From: a virus
IMG/VR virus record: IMGVR_UViG_3300005732_000005
Span: 64,001 to 128,000 of that record
DNA length: 64,000 nt
Strand: one strand, 5' to 3'
Part shown: piece by piece, positions 29,128 to 39,055 of the stretch
Layout: each line of letters begins with the position of its first letter
Numbering within the stretch: position 1 is the first letter of the stretch
Notes under the pieces: generated by a model
The model's database searches: none
What the model was told of the DNA's origin: nothing
The model's input: only the letters and a program-made list of their open reading frames with translations
Made by a program: the position numbers and the translations under genes

Positions 29128-29847
29128 TTAAATAAACTCATCCTCTTTAAGTTTCTTATGTAAATAAAGCTCACCTTTTCCAGTGACCATTGTTACATTG
29201 AAAACTCGACTGTTCCTAGTAGTCTGTTTCACCACAAAGTAACCTTGATCCACAAATCTTTGGTAAGGGCGGTTGTTGTCCATAAGGATCTTAAGTTCTC
29301 TTAATTTATCGTATAGCTTATTCCTGCCTACACCAAGAGCTTTCGCTACACTATTCATATCCTGCAGATTAACTACCTCACTAACATCATTGGCGAAATC
29401 AATCTTGTGCTGATTGTCTTTTCTGAAAATCAGTCCTTCTCTGATTATAGTTTTAGCATCTGCAGGTAAGTCTTTGTAGAATGTCTCCATAATAAGGTCT
29501 ACATCACTAACAAAACCACCTGTCTTACGTATTGTTGGTAATACTTCTTCCATCACCCAATCTTGGAATTCTTCTGCATTAGACATCCTACTCCTCATTA
29601 CCAACCTATACACATCTTTCTCAGGGATGAGTTTAATACCTGTAGGTTTTGCATCCATACCTAATTCTAACGTTTCGTTATAATTAAGTTTAATCAAGAA
29701 CTTACAATGGTCTTTTAAGGTTTTACTAGGATTTGTGTACTCTAGTATCTTACAAACCTCGTTACCTACAAAATAAGGTTTATCCTCATAAACCACCACT
29801 TCCAATTGACCAAAAACTTCATGGTCAAACTTATTCACTTTCGTCAT
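29128..29847 (-). CDS. BRO-N / KilA-C (ANT) antirepressor-type DNA-binding protein
   Basis: FQDWVMEEVLPTIRKTG; GRNKL...NRPYQRFVDQGYF...VTGKG. Confidence 0.9.
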   Translation of the reverse strand: MTKVNKFDHEVFGQLEVVVYEDKPYFVGNEVCKILEYTNPSKTLKDHCKFLIKLNYNETLELGMDAKPTGIKLIPEKDVYRLVMRSRMSNAEEFQDWVMEEVLPTIRKTGGFVSDVDLIMETFYKDLPADAKTIIREGLIFRKDNQHKIDFANDVSEVVNLQDMNSVAKALGVGRNKLYDKLRELKILMDNNRPYQRFVDQGYFVVKQTTRNSRVFNVTMVTGKGELYLHKKLKEDEFI

Positions 29848-29919
29848 AATCTTTCTCCTCTTTTATTAATAAATTTATTCCCACATTTAACCTTCCTTTT
29901 CAAAACTACTCTTCCATAA

Positions 29920-30255
29920 TCATTCCTCCATCAAATTTTCAATGTCACTAAGTATATCGTCACAATCTTCAAAGTCAACCATTTCTTCAAATAAATTTTC
30001 CTCGGGATTGTTCATTAAGAAAGTGTTTCTCAAGTCTTCAATATCCAGACAAGGGTCTACCTTAGACCAACACCCCACTTCCAACTCGCCACTTTCTGCC
30101 ATCTTCCTTAACTCATTAAGACGTTCTCTTATCTTAAGATACTCTTGTTTTGGCATACGATCTATGAAGTCAAGATGTAACCTAGCAAAGTAAAGTTTAT
30201 CCCAATACTCTTTGTTTATAACAGGATCTAGGAATGACGGAACATGACCTTTCAT
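29920..30255 (-). CDS. Hypothetical protein
   Basis: GGAG RBS. Confidence 0.55.
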   Translation of the reverse strand: MKGHVPSFLDPVINKEYWDKLYFARLHLDFIDRMPKQEYLKIRERLNELRKMAESGELEVGCWSKVDPCLDIEDLRNTFLMNNPEENLFEEMVDFEDCDDILSDIENLMEE

Positions 30256-30389
30256 ATAATACTCTCCAAAACATCTTTCAAAATAAACATATCTATCACT
30301 AACAATATCAACCCAACAAGAACTTTAATCTCCAAGGGAATACTTGGGTCAACAAGAACGTTAATTAAAATAAAAGCCATTACACACAT
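30252..30389 (-). CDS. Small two-TM membrane protein, 45 aa (not in ORF track)
   Basis: AGGAG RBS; MCVMAFILINVLV...VLVGLILLVIDMFIL; ATGA overlap with next gene. Confidence 0.5.
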   Translation of the reverse strand: MCVMAFILINVLVDPSIPLEIKVLVGLILLVIDMFILKDVLESII

Positions 30390-30491
30390 GATCTGCTCCT
30401 GATTTATTTAGTAAGAACATTGTAAGAGAAGAAACCTTTTACGTCAACAACTTTTTGAAAATTTTATCTAATTGATAATGGTTGTTATTCC

Positions 30492-30500
30492 TGTTATAAT
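30492..30500 (+). promoter_or_regulatory. Extended -10 promoter of neck/tail operon
   Basis: TGTTATAAT at strand switch. Confidence 0.7.
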
Positions 30501-30525
30501 AACTAATAAACACGGAGACATATTT

Positions 30526-30666
30526 ATGACAAAGAAAGTTGTTAAAGTGACACGTAATTATCCAGATGGTTCCAAAGAGGAACTTGAGATTGAGGTCACT
30601 CCTAAAAAGAAAACAACTCCTCGCAAAAAGAGGACAACTAATGCAAATAAAGATAACGAGAAGTAA
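30526..30666 (+). CDS. Small basic protein
   Basis: GGAG RBS; K/R/T-rich tail. Confidence 0.5.
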   Translation: MTKKVVKVTRNYPDGSKEELEIEVTPKKKTTPRKKRTTNANKDNEK

Positions 30667-31117
30667 AGATAGACGACCATTAAATAGGTTATTATCTAGA
30701 ATCCAAACTCTCCACAATAAAAGTGTCTCAATAGGTTACTTTAAAGACCAACGTGCTCACAAACAAGCTGATATGCCTTATGCAAACCTCCTTTTTATAC
30801 ACGCTTTTGGTTTGGTAGATGGTGCTCCTGTGAGGGATGTGATGTCTAACATTAAACCTTTCTTGGGTGGTGGTGAGCAACAGAGTAACTTTTTTAAAGA
30901 CCTTCTTAAGAGATATTTTAAGAAAGGTTCTAGATATACAGCACAAGAGTTTCTGAGTGATATTGGCCAGAGTTATAGAGATAAAGGTAAGGCAGTGTTT
31001 GGTAACCCTAACTTACTGGAAGTTACTAACAATCCTACACCTTTACTAGACACTAAAGAGCTTAGAGATAACTTTGCTTACAAAACTTCTATTACAATGA
31101 AAACAGTTACGAGGTAG
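30641..31117 (+). CDS. Neck/tail-completion protein
   Basis: VSIGYF...IHAFG...PVR...TPLLDTKELR; GAGG RBS. Confidence 0.7.
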   Translation: MQIKITRSKDRRPLNRLLSRIQTLHNKSVSIGYFKDQRAHKQADMPYANLLFIHAFGLVDGAPVRDVMSNIKPFLGGGEQQSNFFKDLLKRYFKKGSRYTAQEFLSDIGQSYRDKGKAVFGNPNLLEVTNNPTPLLDTKELRDNFAYKTSITMKTVTR

Positions 31118-31119
31118 GT

Positions 31120-31485
31120 ATGTCGATTAGTTTATTTAACAGATCAGAGACCTTGTACAGGACAAACTCTAACAATTGGTATTATGGTGAAGATGGTAGA
31201 CCTGTCTTCACGGAAGATACTGAGACAATAACTTGCTCTATTCAACCATATCGTGATGGTAAAAATACCTTCCGAGTGCCAGAGGGTTTCCAAAGTATTT
31301 ACGGTATAAAGGTTTACTCTAAAGAACAGATTATTGCCAACGATGAAGTGCTTGAGACGCTCGGAGACGAGATTGAATATGAAGGTCAAAGGTTTGTATG
31401 TATTGATGTAGCAAACTTCACAGGACACGGCCTGACTATCCCTGAACACTACTTAGCTCTGTTCTACAGAAAGGATAAACGATAA
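31120..31485 (+). CDS. Head-closure (stopper) protein
   Basis: CSIQP...PEG...IKVYS...GDEIEYEG. Confidence 0.75.
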   Translation: MSISLFNRSETLYRTNSNNWYYGEDGRPVFTEDTETITCSIQPYRDGKNTFRVPEGFQSIYGIKVYSKEQIIANDEVLETLGDEIEYEGQRFVCIDVANFTGHGLTIPEHYLALFYRKDKR

Positions 31486-32063
31486 TGAGTTTTGAATCCA
31501 AGAAATTAGAACTAGCTTTAGGTGATATGGTGTCCGTAGCAATTGGTGACAAACTATCTACTATGAGAAAAATGGTTGATGGCACAGTGGTTGATGTCCC
31601 AAGTGTGATCCTTGCTAGAAATATGTCGCCCATTAGTGGGAAAGTTCCTCCTGCCCCTGATTATCCTTTCTTGATGGTAGATAAAGCTCAGACACAAAAA
31701 GTGGTTAGTGTACAAGAGAAATACTTTGATGGTGATGATCATATTCACGAAACAGGTATTGTTGTCAGAGTAAATGTTAAAATCTTTGGAACAAGTGATC
31801 ACGATGTAGATGATATTGCTGGATTACTTGACCAATCTTTCACTGTTGATGATTACAGAAACTTAATAGAAACAAATTACGGTAAAAGATGTCGCATGAT
31901 GAGGACAAGTGATGTGGTAACAACTGCAGCCTCTCTAAACGATGTCTACCAAGAAGTAGCTACCTTTGATGTATATTTCTCTACAGTAAGAAGTTTCACT
32001 GTAAAGGATGCACCTTCTTTCGGAAAAGCCGAAACACCAGATTTAGACTTGAAAAGAGTTTAA
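31485..32063 (+). CDS. Tail terminator protein
   Basis: PDYPFL motif; directly upstream of sheath. Confidence 0.65.
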   Translation: MSFESKKLELALGDMVSVAIGDKLSTMRKMVDGTVVDVPSVILARNMSPISGKVPPAPDYPFLMVDKAQTQKVVSVQEKYFDGDDHIHETGIVVRVNVKIFGTSDHDVDDIAGLLDQSFTVDDYRNLIETNYGKRCRMMRTSDVVTTAASLNDVYQEVATFDVYFSTVRSFTVKDAPSFGKAETPDLDLKRV

Positions 32064-32117
32064 ACTCACAGTGTATACGCGATGCACTAAAAATAACTAT
32101 AATTATAGGAAGATAAG

Positions 32118-33539
32118 ATGACGGTACAATTAGCAACCGCAGATATCTCGTTCGGTAGTTCTACTGTTGCAAGACCTTCTGTTCAAAAGCAGATTTTCTT
32201 AGCACGACATAACTACTGGTCTGAGAAAACAAAAATTTATACAGACTTGGATAGTATCATTGAGGATGGTGTTCCGTCAACAAGCTCTATCTATCGTGCA
32301 GCACGTTCTCACTTCGCACCAACTCCCCATTTACGAGAGTTTAAAGTGGGTCGTTTAGAAACGACAAGTATTATTGCTCCAGTGGATGTTGTTACTGGTA
32401 AAATTTATGGTCTTACTCTGGATGCTAAAGATGCTGCGGCAAGTGTTGACTTTGCTTATACAGCTCAAGCGGCAGACACAGAAGAAGATATCGTAACAGC
32501 TCTAAAAGCAGCTATTGACGCACAAGCTGATATTACAGCAAAGATTACGGTGACAGTAGTAGGTACTGGTGCAAATGCTACTATCACTCTGGCACACGCA
32601 GTAGAAGATGATTGGTTCACTGTTTCAGCACTTCTTAACGTTACAGAAACATTCCCTGCAACACCAGAACGTCCTGCTGCAGAAGAGTTAGCTTCTATCA
32701 ACGATAAAGATGACGACTACTATGTAGTGACGAGTGATGTTAAAGATGGTACGTTTGTTACACAATTAGCTGGTGAACTTGAGTCACGTTTCAATTTCTA
32801 TTGTGTATCTCTTGCTGAAGCAGATGTTTACTTAGGTACAGCTACTGGTTCATTCAAGACACTTATTGCAGACAATGCTTACTTGTCAACATACCCGTTC
32901 TATCACCACGAAGCAGAAACTACTTACCCAGAATGTGCTCACATGAGTGAAGTGTTTACTTTAATTGACACAGGTATTACTTTTGCAAACCGTCCTACTT
33001 CAGGGGTTGGTGAGAGTAAAACTGTTGATGGTGAACCGCTTACAGCTACTCAAACAAACAACCTTATGACAAATGGTGTTAACTTCTTTGCACGTACTCA
33101 GGTTGCAGGTAGCCAATCAGCTCAAGCTCTTAACTCTGCTATCTCAACAGGTAAAGATGGTGGTGGTCGTGTTGCTTCAGGTGAGTATGCTTTCAACGTG
33201 GTTGGTCGTGATGTAATGCAGATTGAGATTGAAGCTTCTCTGACAGATTTACTTACTTCTCAGAAGACAGGTCGTTTGGCATGGGATTCAGCATCTCTTG
33301 CAAAAGCTTACTCTTCTATTAACAAAGTTATGAAGAAGTTTGCTAACACTGATGGTTGGAACTTAATCTATGGTCAACAAGACTTAGACTTCCCATACCG
33401 TATCACTTTACCAGAACTAAATTCGCTATCAGCAGCAGATCGTAAACTTGGTGTATTAAAGAACGTTACGTTCCGAGCATTCCTTAAAGATGCTATTCAC
33501 CTTGCACAGATCACTGGTAACCTTGATCGTCCAGCATAA
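32118..33539 (+). CDS. Contractile tail sheath protein (DUF3383-type)
   Basis: 473 aa; YRAARSHFAPTP...KVGR; C-terminal FRAFLKDAIHLAQITG. Confidence 0.85.
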   Translation: MTVQLATADISFGSSTVARPSVQKQIFLARHNYWSEKTKIYTDLDSIIEDGVPSTSSIYRAARSHFAPTPHLREFKVGRLETTSIIAPVDVVTGKIYGLTLDAKDAAASVDFAYTAQAADTEEDIVTALKAAIDAQADITAKITVTVVGTGANATITLAHAVEDDWFTVSALLNVTETFPATPERPAAEELASINDKDDDYYVVTSDVKDGTFVTQLAGELESRFNFYCVSLAEADVYLGTATGSFKTLIADNAYLSTYPFYHHEAETTYPECAHMSEVFTLIDTGITFANRPTSGVGESKTVDGEPLTATQTNNLMTNGVNFFARTQVAGSQSAQALNSAISTGKDGGGRVASGEYAFNVVGRDVMQIEIEASLTDLLTSQKTGRLAWDSASLAKAYSSINKVMKKFANTDGWNLIYGQQDLDFPYRITLPELNSLSAADRKLGVLKNVTFRAFLKDAIHLAQITGNLDRPA

Positions 33540-33554
33540 TAGGAAATAATAACA

Positions 33555-34052
33555 ATGGCAAAGATTTATTCACCAGAAGACGTTAAGCTGACATTTGCTG
33601 GTATCGAAGAACTATCTGGTTGGAAGAGTATCTCTATTACACGTAATAATGATAACTTCTCTCCAAACCCTTCTGCAGACGGTGTTCAGGCTTACACAAA
33701 GATTGCTGATAAGTCGGGTATGATGACTATCTCAGTTCCTCACACAGCAACTAAATTCCACACAGCAATGGCTGCTTACCAAGCACTTATTGACGCAAAC
33801 CCTTCTAAGGATGTGACAGTAGATGCTTCTTTAATTGACCCTGCGGGTGGTAACTGTACTATCCTTGATGGTATCCGTCTTAACAAAATGGCAGATCCTT
33901 CATACGAAGCAGAGATGACTGACTCAGAGTATACTTTCTTAATTGACAATGTGTATTATGCACCTGTTCCAGAAGGTTATGACGAGACAGCAAGTGAAAT
34001 CAGCAACGCATATACTTTCGCAAGCACTATTGCAGCAAACGCTGGCTTATAA
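33555..34052 (+). CDS. Tail tube protein
   Basis: IYSPEDV...ADG...SGMMTI; follows sheath. Confidence 0.8.
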   Translation: MAKIYSPEDVKLTFAGIEELSGWKSISITRNNDNFSPNPSADGVQAYTKIADKSGMMTISVPHTATKFHTAMAAYQALIDANPSKDVTVDASLIDPAGGNCTILDGIRLNKMADPSYEAEMTDSEYTFLIDNVYYAPVPEGYDETASEISNAYTFASTIAANAGL

Positions 34053-34067
34053 TATAAAATAATAATA

Positions 34068-34106
34068 AAAGCACTATCCCACTTCATTAGGGGTGGTGCT
34101 TTTTTC
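34068..34106 (+). terminator. Intrinsic terminator
   Basis: AAAAGCACTATCCC...GGGGTGGTGCTTTTT. Confidence 0.75.
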
Positions 34107-34127
34107 GTTTAAAGAGAGAGAAGAACT

Positions 34128-34604
34128 ATGGCATTCGTAGCAAAGAAAATCGAATCAAAGCAAAAGAATCACACATTTGAAATTGAGTTTAAAACATTAG
34201 ATATTTACAAAGCATTTTCGTATCAATCATTTATTGGTGAAATCATTCTTCCTATCACAGGTGGTATGATGGATGAGCAAAGTAACGTTTCTGAGGATGA
34301 TATCTTTGGCAATAAGAGCACAATGTTCAAGGACTTATTCACCCACTTAGCTAAGAGTTTAAGCGATCCTCGTATGCAAGAATTGTTTGCAGAGATGATG
34401 GAAGGTGCTCAATACAAGTGTCCTATTACAAAACAACAGAAACCTCTTAATCCAGAAGAATTATTTGATGGTGACTTTGCATTTATGAACGATGTGTTCA
34501 TGCAAGCATTGGAGGTGAATTTCAGCCACCTTTTTACAGAAGGCGGTATTCTCAAGTCACTGACAGGAAAGACACTGGGTCTACTGTCAACAGAGATCGA
34601 GTAA
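34128..34604 (+). CDS. Tail assembly chaperone (gpG analogue)
   Basis: Between tube and tape measure genes. Confidence 0.75.
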   Translation: MAFVAKKIESKQKNHTFEIEFKTLDIYKAFSYQSFIGEIILPITGGMMDEQSNVSEDDIFGNKSTMFKDLFTHLAKSLSDPRMQELFAEMMEGAQYKCPITKQQKPLNPEELFDGDFAFMNDVFMQALEVNFSHLFTEGGILKSLTGKTLGLLSTEIE

Positions 34605-34813
34605 TTAAGCAAGTAGAAAACTTCAAACAAGATCCTATCTTAAATAGAATTCACCGAGTAGGGAAGTATGTAGCCAAACACTACTTACTTCCTTTAGCTT
34701 ATGTTAAGGATAATATGAGTGTGAGTGAGTTTCTTGATATGGAAGATGAGATGTTGATATCAGAAGATTTTGAAAATGCCTATTATCTGGATACCGCACC
34801 AAAACAAGAATAG
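34529..34813 (+). CDS. -1 frameshift extension of tail chaperone (gpGT analogue)
   Basis: -1 frame open from ~34475 to TAG 34811-34813, ending 7 nt before the tape measure ATG; slippery candidates CCTTTTT 34529 and AGGAAAG 34565. Confidence 0.65.
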   Translation, partial: PFYRRRYSQVTDRKDTGSTVNRDRVIKQVENFKQDPILNRIHRVGKYVAKHYLLPLAYVKDNMSVSEFLDMEDEMLISEDFENAYYLDTAPKQE

Positions 34814-34820
34814 GTAATTT

Positions 34821-37031
34821 ATGGCAAAGAATTATATTGAAGAATACTTCATAAAAATCTCCGCTGACAGTAATGATGCTGTTAAAAAGATTAAACAGGA
34901 TATGGCGAGCTTAGTTGCCAATTCTACAAAACTTACTAAGCAAGCTTCTAAGATAGAGGAGAATCTTAAGAAGAAGACCACTGCAGCAAAGACAGCCGCT
35001 GAGAAGGAGTATGATACTGTAGCAAGCGCTCTTAGAAAGAAAAGGGTCTCTGATGAGGAAAAGGCTTCTAAAAGAGAGATTGACTTAGCAAAATCTGCCT
35101 ACAGTAAGAAAGTTAATATCACAAAAGCTGCTGTTGCTCAAATAACCAACTCTAATAATGCAACCTTGTCTAAAATGAAGGACTTCTATGAAGATCAGGT
35201 TAAGATTGCTAAGGGTGCTAATGAAGATTTCTTACTTGTAGAACGAGCTTTAAACAAGAAGATACTTGCAGATACAAAAGACAAGACTCAAAGAGAAATT
35301 GACTTAGCAAAAATCAAGCACAAAAGAGAAACCCAATTCACTAAGCAAGTTGTTTCACAGATAACTGATAAGAATAACACTGTTTTACAACAGATGAAAG
35401 ATTTTTATAAGGAAGAAGAGAAACTTGCTAAGAAGAGTTATGATAACAAGAATACTAGACTTAGTGCCATTGAAAGAAGAGTTAATGCTATAACAAGGAC
35501 AGCCTACTTCCAAGACCTTGAGCAAATGTCTCCTACCAAACACAAAGCTGCTATGAAGAATATTCGTGAGGCAGCAATGAGTGGTGATTTAGAGGCTGTT
35601 AAGGATGCTGCTGCGGGTGCCCAGAGGGAAGTGAGAAATCTTCGTAGGCAAATGGTTGGTCTGCAAGCTGTGCAGAATGGATTAACTGATTCTACGAGGA
35701 ATATGTTGAGAAGTTATATTTCCTTGTTTGCATTGTTTGAAGCTACAACTGCTATTAAGAATGTTGGTATGCAGTTTGAAGGTATGCGCGCCTCTATGTT
35801 AGCTGCAACTTTTGGTACTGAAACTTCTGCTGACAACCTTAAGTTCGTAGATGATCTAGCTGTTCGTCTAGGTATTAACTTGAAAGATGCAACAGATGCC
35901 TATATCAAGCTGAAATTTGCTGCTAAAGGTAAGATGGATACGGGTCAAATGGAAGAACTCTTTACAGCAGTTACAGAGTTTGGTACAGCGTTGAAAGTTG
36001 ATAAAGAGGCTATGAAAGGTGCTCTAAAAAGTATCTCTCAGATGTTGAATAAGAATCAGTTAATGGCAGAAGAGGTCAAGAACCAATTTTCGGAACATTT
36101 GCCCGGTGGTTTAGGTATTTTTGCCAAGGCAATGAATGTCACTGAACGTGAGTTTTTGAAGATGATGGAACGTGGAGAGTTGATGGCTACAGAGGTTCTT
36201 CCTCTAGTTACAAAAGAGCTTCACAAATCAGCAAGAGCTAACGGTGCATTAGAGCAAGCATTAAAATCTGTATCTGTTACTGAAGGTCAATTAATAACAC
36301 AATCTCAAAAGGCTGGTGATGAGATATTTAGGTCTGGTTTTGGAGAAGGCCTGACAGAACTATACAGAACACTAACAAATATTTTGAAAGATGCAGGACC
36401 ACAGTTACAGAAAATAGGTAAAGTTTTTGGGACGATCTTCAAAGGTATAGCTCATGTACTGAAACTAATTGAACCTCCTTTAAAAGCTATTATCAACAAC
36501 ATAGAGCTTCTAGGTGGTGCTTACATTATAGGCAAGTTGGCAACCTTACGAGTAGCACTGATGAGAACATTCTTACCTATAACAGCAGCTCTTGGTGCAG
36601 CAGAAGAGTTAATTTCGTTATTCAGTGATAAGCTTGTCGGTGCAACAGAGAAGAAGTTAGGTTACCAAATCAATGTTGCAGAAGGGACTAGAACAGACCT
36701 TGTGCAGAGAGGTGATAAGATTTACTCTCAAGCTCAAACAAGGCGATCACTACTAGCAGACCCTTCTTCAGGTAAAACAGAATTAGCTACTATGACAGAA
36801 GCTCAGTTCGACAAACTAGGTATGTTAGACAAAGCAGGTTTAGTGGTTGAACAAATAGGGGCAATGCAAGCTGACCTTTTCAAACAAGGTCTTCATAAGC
36901 TTTTCTGGGACGATATTAAACCTGTTTCACCTAACGTTACAGTTAACAACAATATCTCAGGTGCTGGAGACCCAGAAGCAGTTGCTAGAGAGGTTGTGAG
37001 ACAATCTTACCAGAATTTAGGAGTCAGGTAA
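34821..37031 (+). CDS. Tape measure protein
   Basis: Helical Ala/Lys-rich; ISQM...LMAEEVKNQFSEHLPG tape-measure domain. Confidence 0.9.
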   Translation: MAKNYIEEYFIKISADSNDAVKKIKQDMASLVANSTKLTKQASKIEENLKKKTTAAKTAAEKEYDTVASALRKKRVSDEEKASKREIDLAKSAYSKKVNITKAAVAQITNSNNATLSKMKDFYEDQVKIAKGANEDFLLVERALNKKILADTKDKTQREIDLAKIKHKRETQFTKQVVSQITDKNNTVLQQMKDFYKEEEKLAKKSYDNKNTRLSAIERRVNAITRTAYFQDLEQMSPTKHKAAMKNIREAAMSGDLEAVKDAAAGAQREVRNLRRQMVGLQAVQNGLTDSTRNMLRSYISLFALFEATTAIKNVGMQFEGMRASMLAATFGTETSADNLKFVDDLAVRLGINLKDATDAYIKLKFAAKGKMDTGQMEELFTAVTEFGTALKVDKEAMKGALKSISQMLNKNQLMAEEVKNQFSEHLPGGLGIFAKAMNVTEREFLKMMERGELMATEVLPLVTKELHKSARANGALEQALKSVSVTEGQLITQSQKAGDEIFRSGFGEGLTELYRTLTNILKDAGPQLQKIGKVFGTIFKGIAHVLKLIEPPLKAIINNIELLGGAYIIGKLATLRVALMRTFLPITAALGAAEELISLFSDKLVGATEKKLGYQINVAEGTRTDLVQRGDKIYSQAQTRRSLLADPSSGKTELATMTEAQFDKLGMLDKAGLVVEQIGAMQADLFKQGLHKLFWDDIKPVSPNVTVNNNISGAGDPEAVAREVVRQSYQNLGVR

Positions 37032-37032
37032 C

Positions 37033-37638
37033 ATGACAGCTAAAACAAAGTTTTACTTTACACGGAAAGATAACTCTGACACTTATGAACTGTCATCAAC
37101 AACAGCTTGTAGGGTATCAGAATCTGCCCGTATTACAAACAGACGTGTTGAGGATGGTAAGTCTCTTTCGGACAACTACTATCTTGAGAATAGAGTGGTA
37201 ACCTTTGATGGAATCATCACCGATATTCGTAACAATAGTAGTGTTGAAGGTACAGAGAAATTCTTGAATGAATTACGTGAGTTGAGAGGACTGGATATTC
37301 CAGCTCTTCTCGATGTCCAAGCAAACAATCAATTCATTCCAAATTGCCTTATCCAAACACTAGATATTTCAACTGATCCTAAGACAGGTGTTTACGCTTG
37401 GAAAGTGAATATGGTTTTGAAGGAGGTAACTTTTGCAGAAAGAGCTTCTCTAGTGGAAGTTGCTGAACCAAAAGAATCTCGTAAGGATGAAGTTAGCGGT
37501 ACAAGAGACCGTTCTACCAACACTGTCCAAGAAGTTGAAGTGAGCACCACTATCGGTGCAGATGCAGCTTCTACAATAGGGCTACTTCCTTCAGGAATAC
37601 CTGTAATACCACCACCTACAGACAACGGAGGCACATAA
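37033..37638 (+). CDS. Tail tube initiator / Dit-like protein
   Basis: ITNRRVEDGKSLSDN motif; follows tape measure. Confidence 0.7.
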   Translation: MTAKTKFYFTRKDNSDTYELSSTTACRVSESARITNRRVEDGKSLSDNYYLENRVVTFDGIITDIRNNSSVEGTEKFLNELRELRGLDIPALLDVQANNQFIPNCLIQTLDISTDPKTGVYAWKVNMVLKEVTFAERASLVEVAEPKESRKDEVSGTRDRSTNTVQEVEVSTTIGADAASTIGLLPSGIPVIPPPTDNGGT

Positions 37639-37994
37639 TGCCAAAGGCTATACGTGTAGATGATTTATCTTCTCAAGTGCAGCAAATCACTTTAAATGGT
37701 ATCACCCTTTACTTGAAGATTTACTTCCTAACAGGATACACTTCTAACGGGTGGTATGTAGATTTCTTGGATCAAGATAGGAACCTTCTTTACGGAGGTA
37801 GACGTATTACAGCAGGAACTAACCTCACATACCTTTCTCCTGATGTAGTGGATACTTTAGGGGGTCATATCTTCTGTGTAAATGTTGCCGCCACAAGAGA
37901 ACCTCTCACAAGAGATAATTTCTCTACAAAAGGAGATTATCAGTTGTGGTATTATACTAACGAGGAGATTGCAAATGCCACTTCTCAAGCGTAA
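37638..37994 (+). CDS. Baseplate protein
   Basis: QITLNG...WYVD...G pattern; position. Confidence 0.65.
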   Translation: MPKAIRVDDLSSQVQQITLNGITLYLKIYFLTGYTSNGWYVDFLDQDRNLLYGGRRITAGTNLTYLSPDVVDTLGGHIFCVNVAATREPLTRDNFSTKGDYQLWYYTNEEIANATSQA

Positions 37995-38955
37995 ATATAG
38001 ATTAGTGGTAGGAAAGCCTCCTATCACTACTATCACTACAGAGTATATTACTGAAGATGAAGTATTTGGTCAACTGTTTATTCCCAAAGAGAATGATTAC
38101 CGTACAGTGACATTAAATGCTGTAGAGATAACCGAGCTTGATATAAACGCCACTATTTCAAGTAAGGCAGGTGGTAAGAATTCGTCATCTGTAATTAAGA
38201 TTTATAACTTGTCAGAAGATACTCGTAATATTGTGGAAAGAGTGAATAACTACGTTATTCTAGAGGCAGGTTATGCTTCTGATGAAGAGCTTAAAGTTGT
38301 ATTTACTGGTCAAGTGAGTGAGTTCTTTACAGAGAATGTCGGAGAAGATTTAGTGACTACTTTACAATGTAAAGATGGTTATATTCCAAACAATACCCTC
38401 AGGGTAGACAAGTTCTTCCCAGCAGGGGTTACCGCAGATACCATATTTAAGTACATAATTGACCAGTATAAAAAGGTTGGTGTTCCGTTAGGTTTCTATT
38501 CAGGGTTTAGCGATAAGAAGGAACGTGTTGAGTATGTCCAACTTCCTATGCCACAAGACACCACTTTCTATATGGGATACACTTTAACAGGTTATCTCTG
38601 GGATGAACTAAAAGACTTGACTAAAAGTTTGGGCTATGTTTGTTATATTACAAACGGAAGATTGTTCATCCACCCGAAGGGATTCACTCGTGCAGTGGAG
38701 CAGTTTGAAGTAGATCATTCTCAAATATACTCTATTAAGAAAAGTGGTAAAGCCAACAACAATACTACTGGTAAATCAGATACTGGTGTAAATATATCAC
38801 TTCCTTTAGATGCAAGGATGGATGTTGATAAACAGATCAAAGTTATTGGCGGAGACTTTGAAGGTGTTTATAAAATTATGGAACGTTCATTTAATATCAG
38901 TATTTTTGATGGAAACTTTGATACCAATCTAGTTTGCAAATCGGTAGAGGCATAA
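37975..38955 (+). CDS. Baseplate hub protein
   Basis: IKIYNLS...LEAGY...VFTGQV...CKDG; GAGGAG RBS at 37975 start. Confidence 0.75.
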   Translation: MPLLKRKYRLVVGKPPITTITTEYITEDEVFGQLFIPKENDYRTVTLNAVEITELDINATISSKAGGKNSSSVIKIYNLSEDTRNIVERVNNYVILEAGYASDEELKVVFTGQVSEFFTENVGEDLVTTLQCKDGYIPNNTLRVDKFFPAGVTADTIFKYIIDQYKKVGVPLGFYSGFSDKKERVEYVQLPMPQDTTFYMGYTLTGYLWDELKDLTKSLGYVCYITNGRLFIHPKGFTRAVEQFEVDHSQIYSIKKSGKANNNTTGKSDTGVNISLPLDARMDVDKQIKVIGGDFEGVYKIMERSFNISIFDGNFDTNLVCKSVEA

Positions 38956-39017
38956 TCTTGCCTTTACCACACTCATTCTCTCCCGTCAACACTCCTCTCG
39001 CATAATCCTCTCTTTAA

Positions 39018-39026
39018 TGTTATAAT
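39018..39026 (+). promoter_or_regulatory. Extended -10 promoter of spike/wedge genes
   Basis: TGTTATAAT. Confidence 0.65.
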
Positions 39027-39055
39027 AAATAATACAAACAACATAGGAGAGAGGG

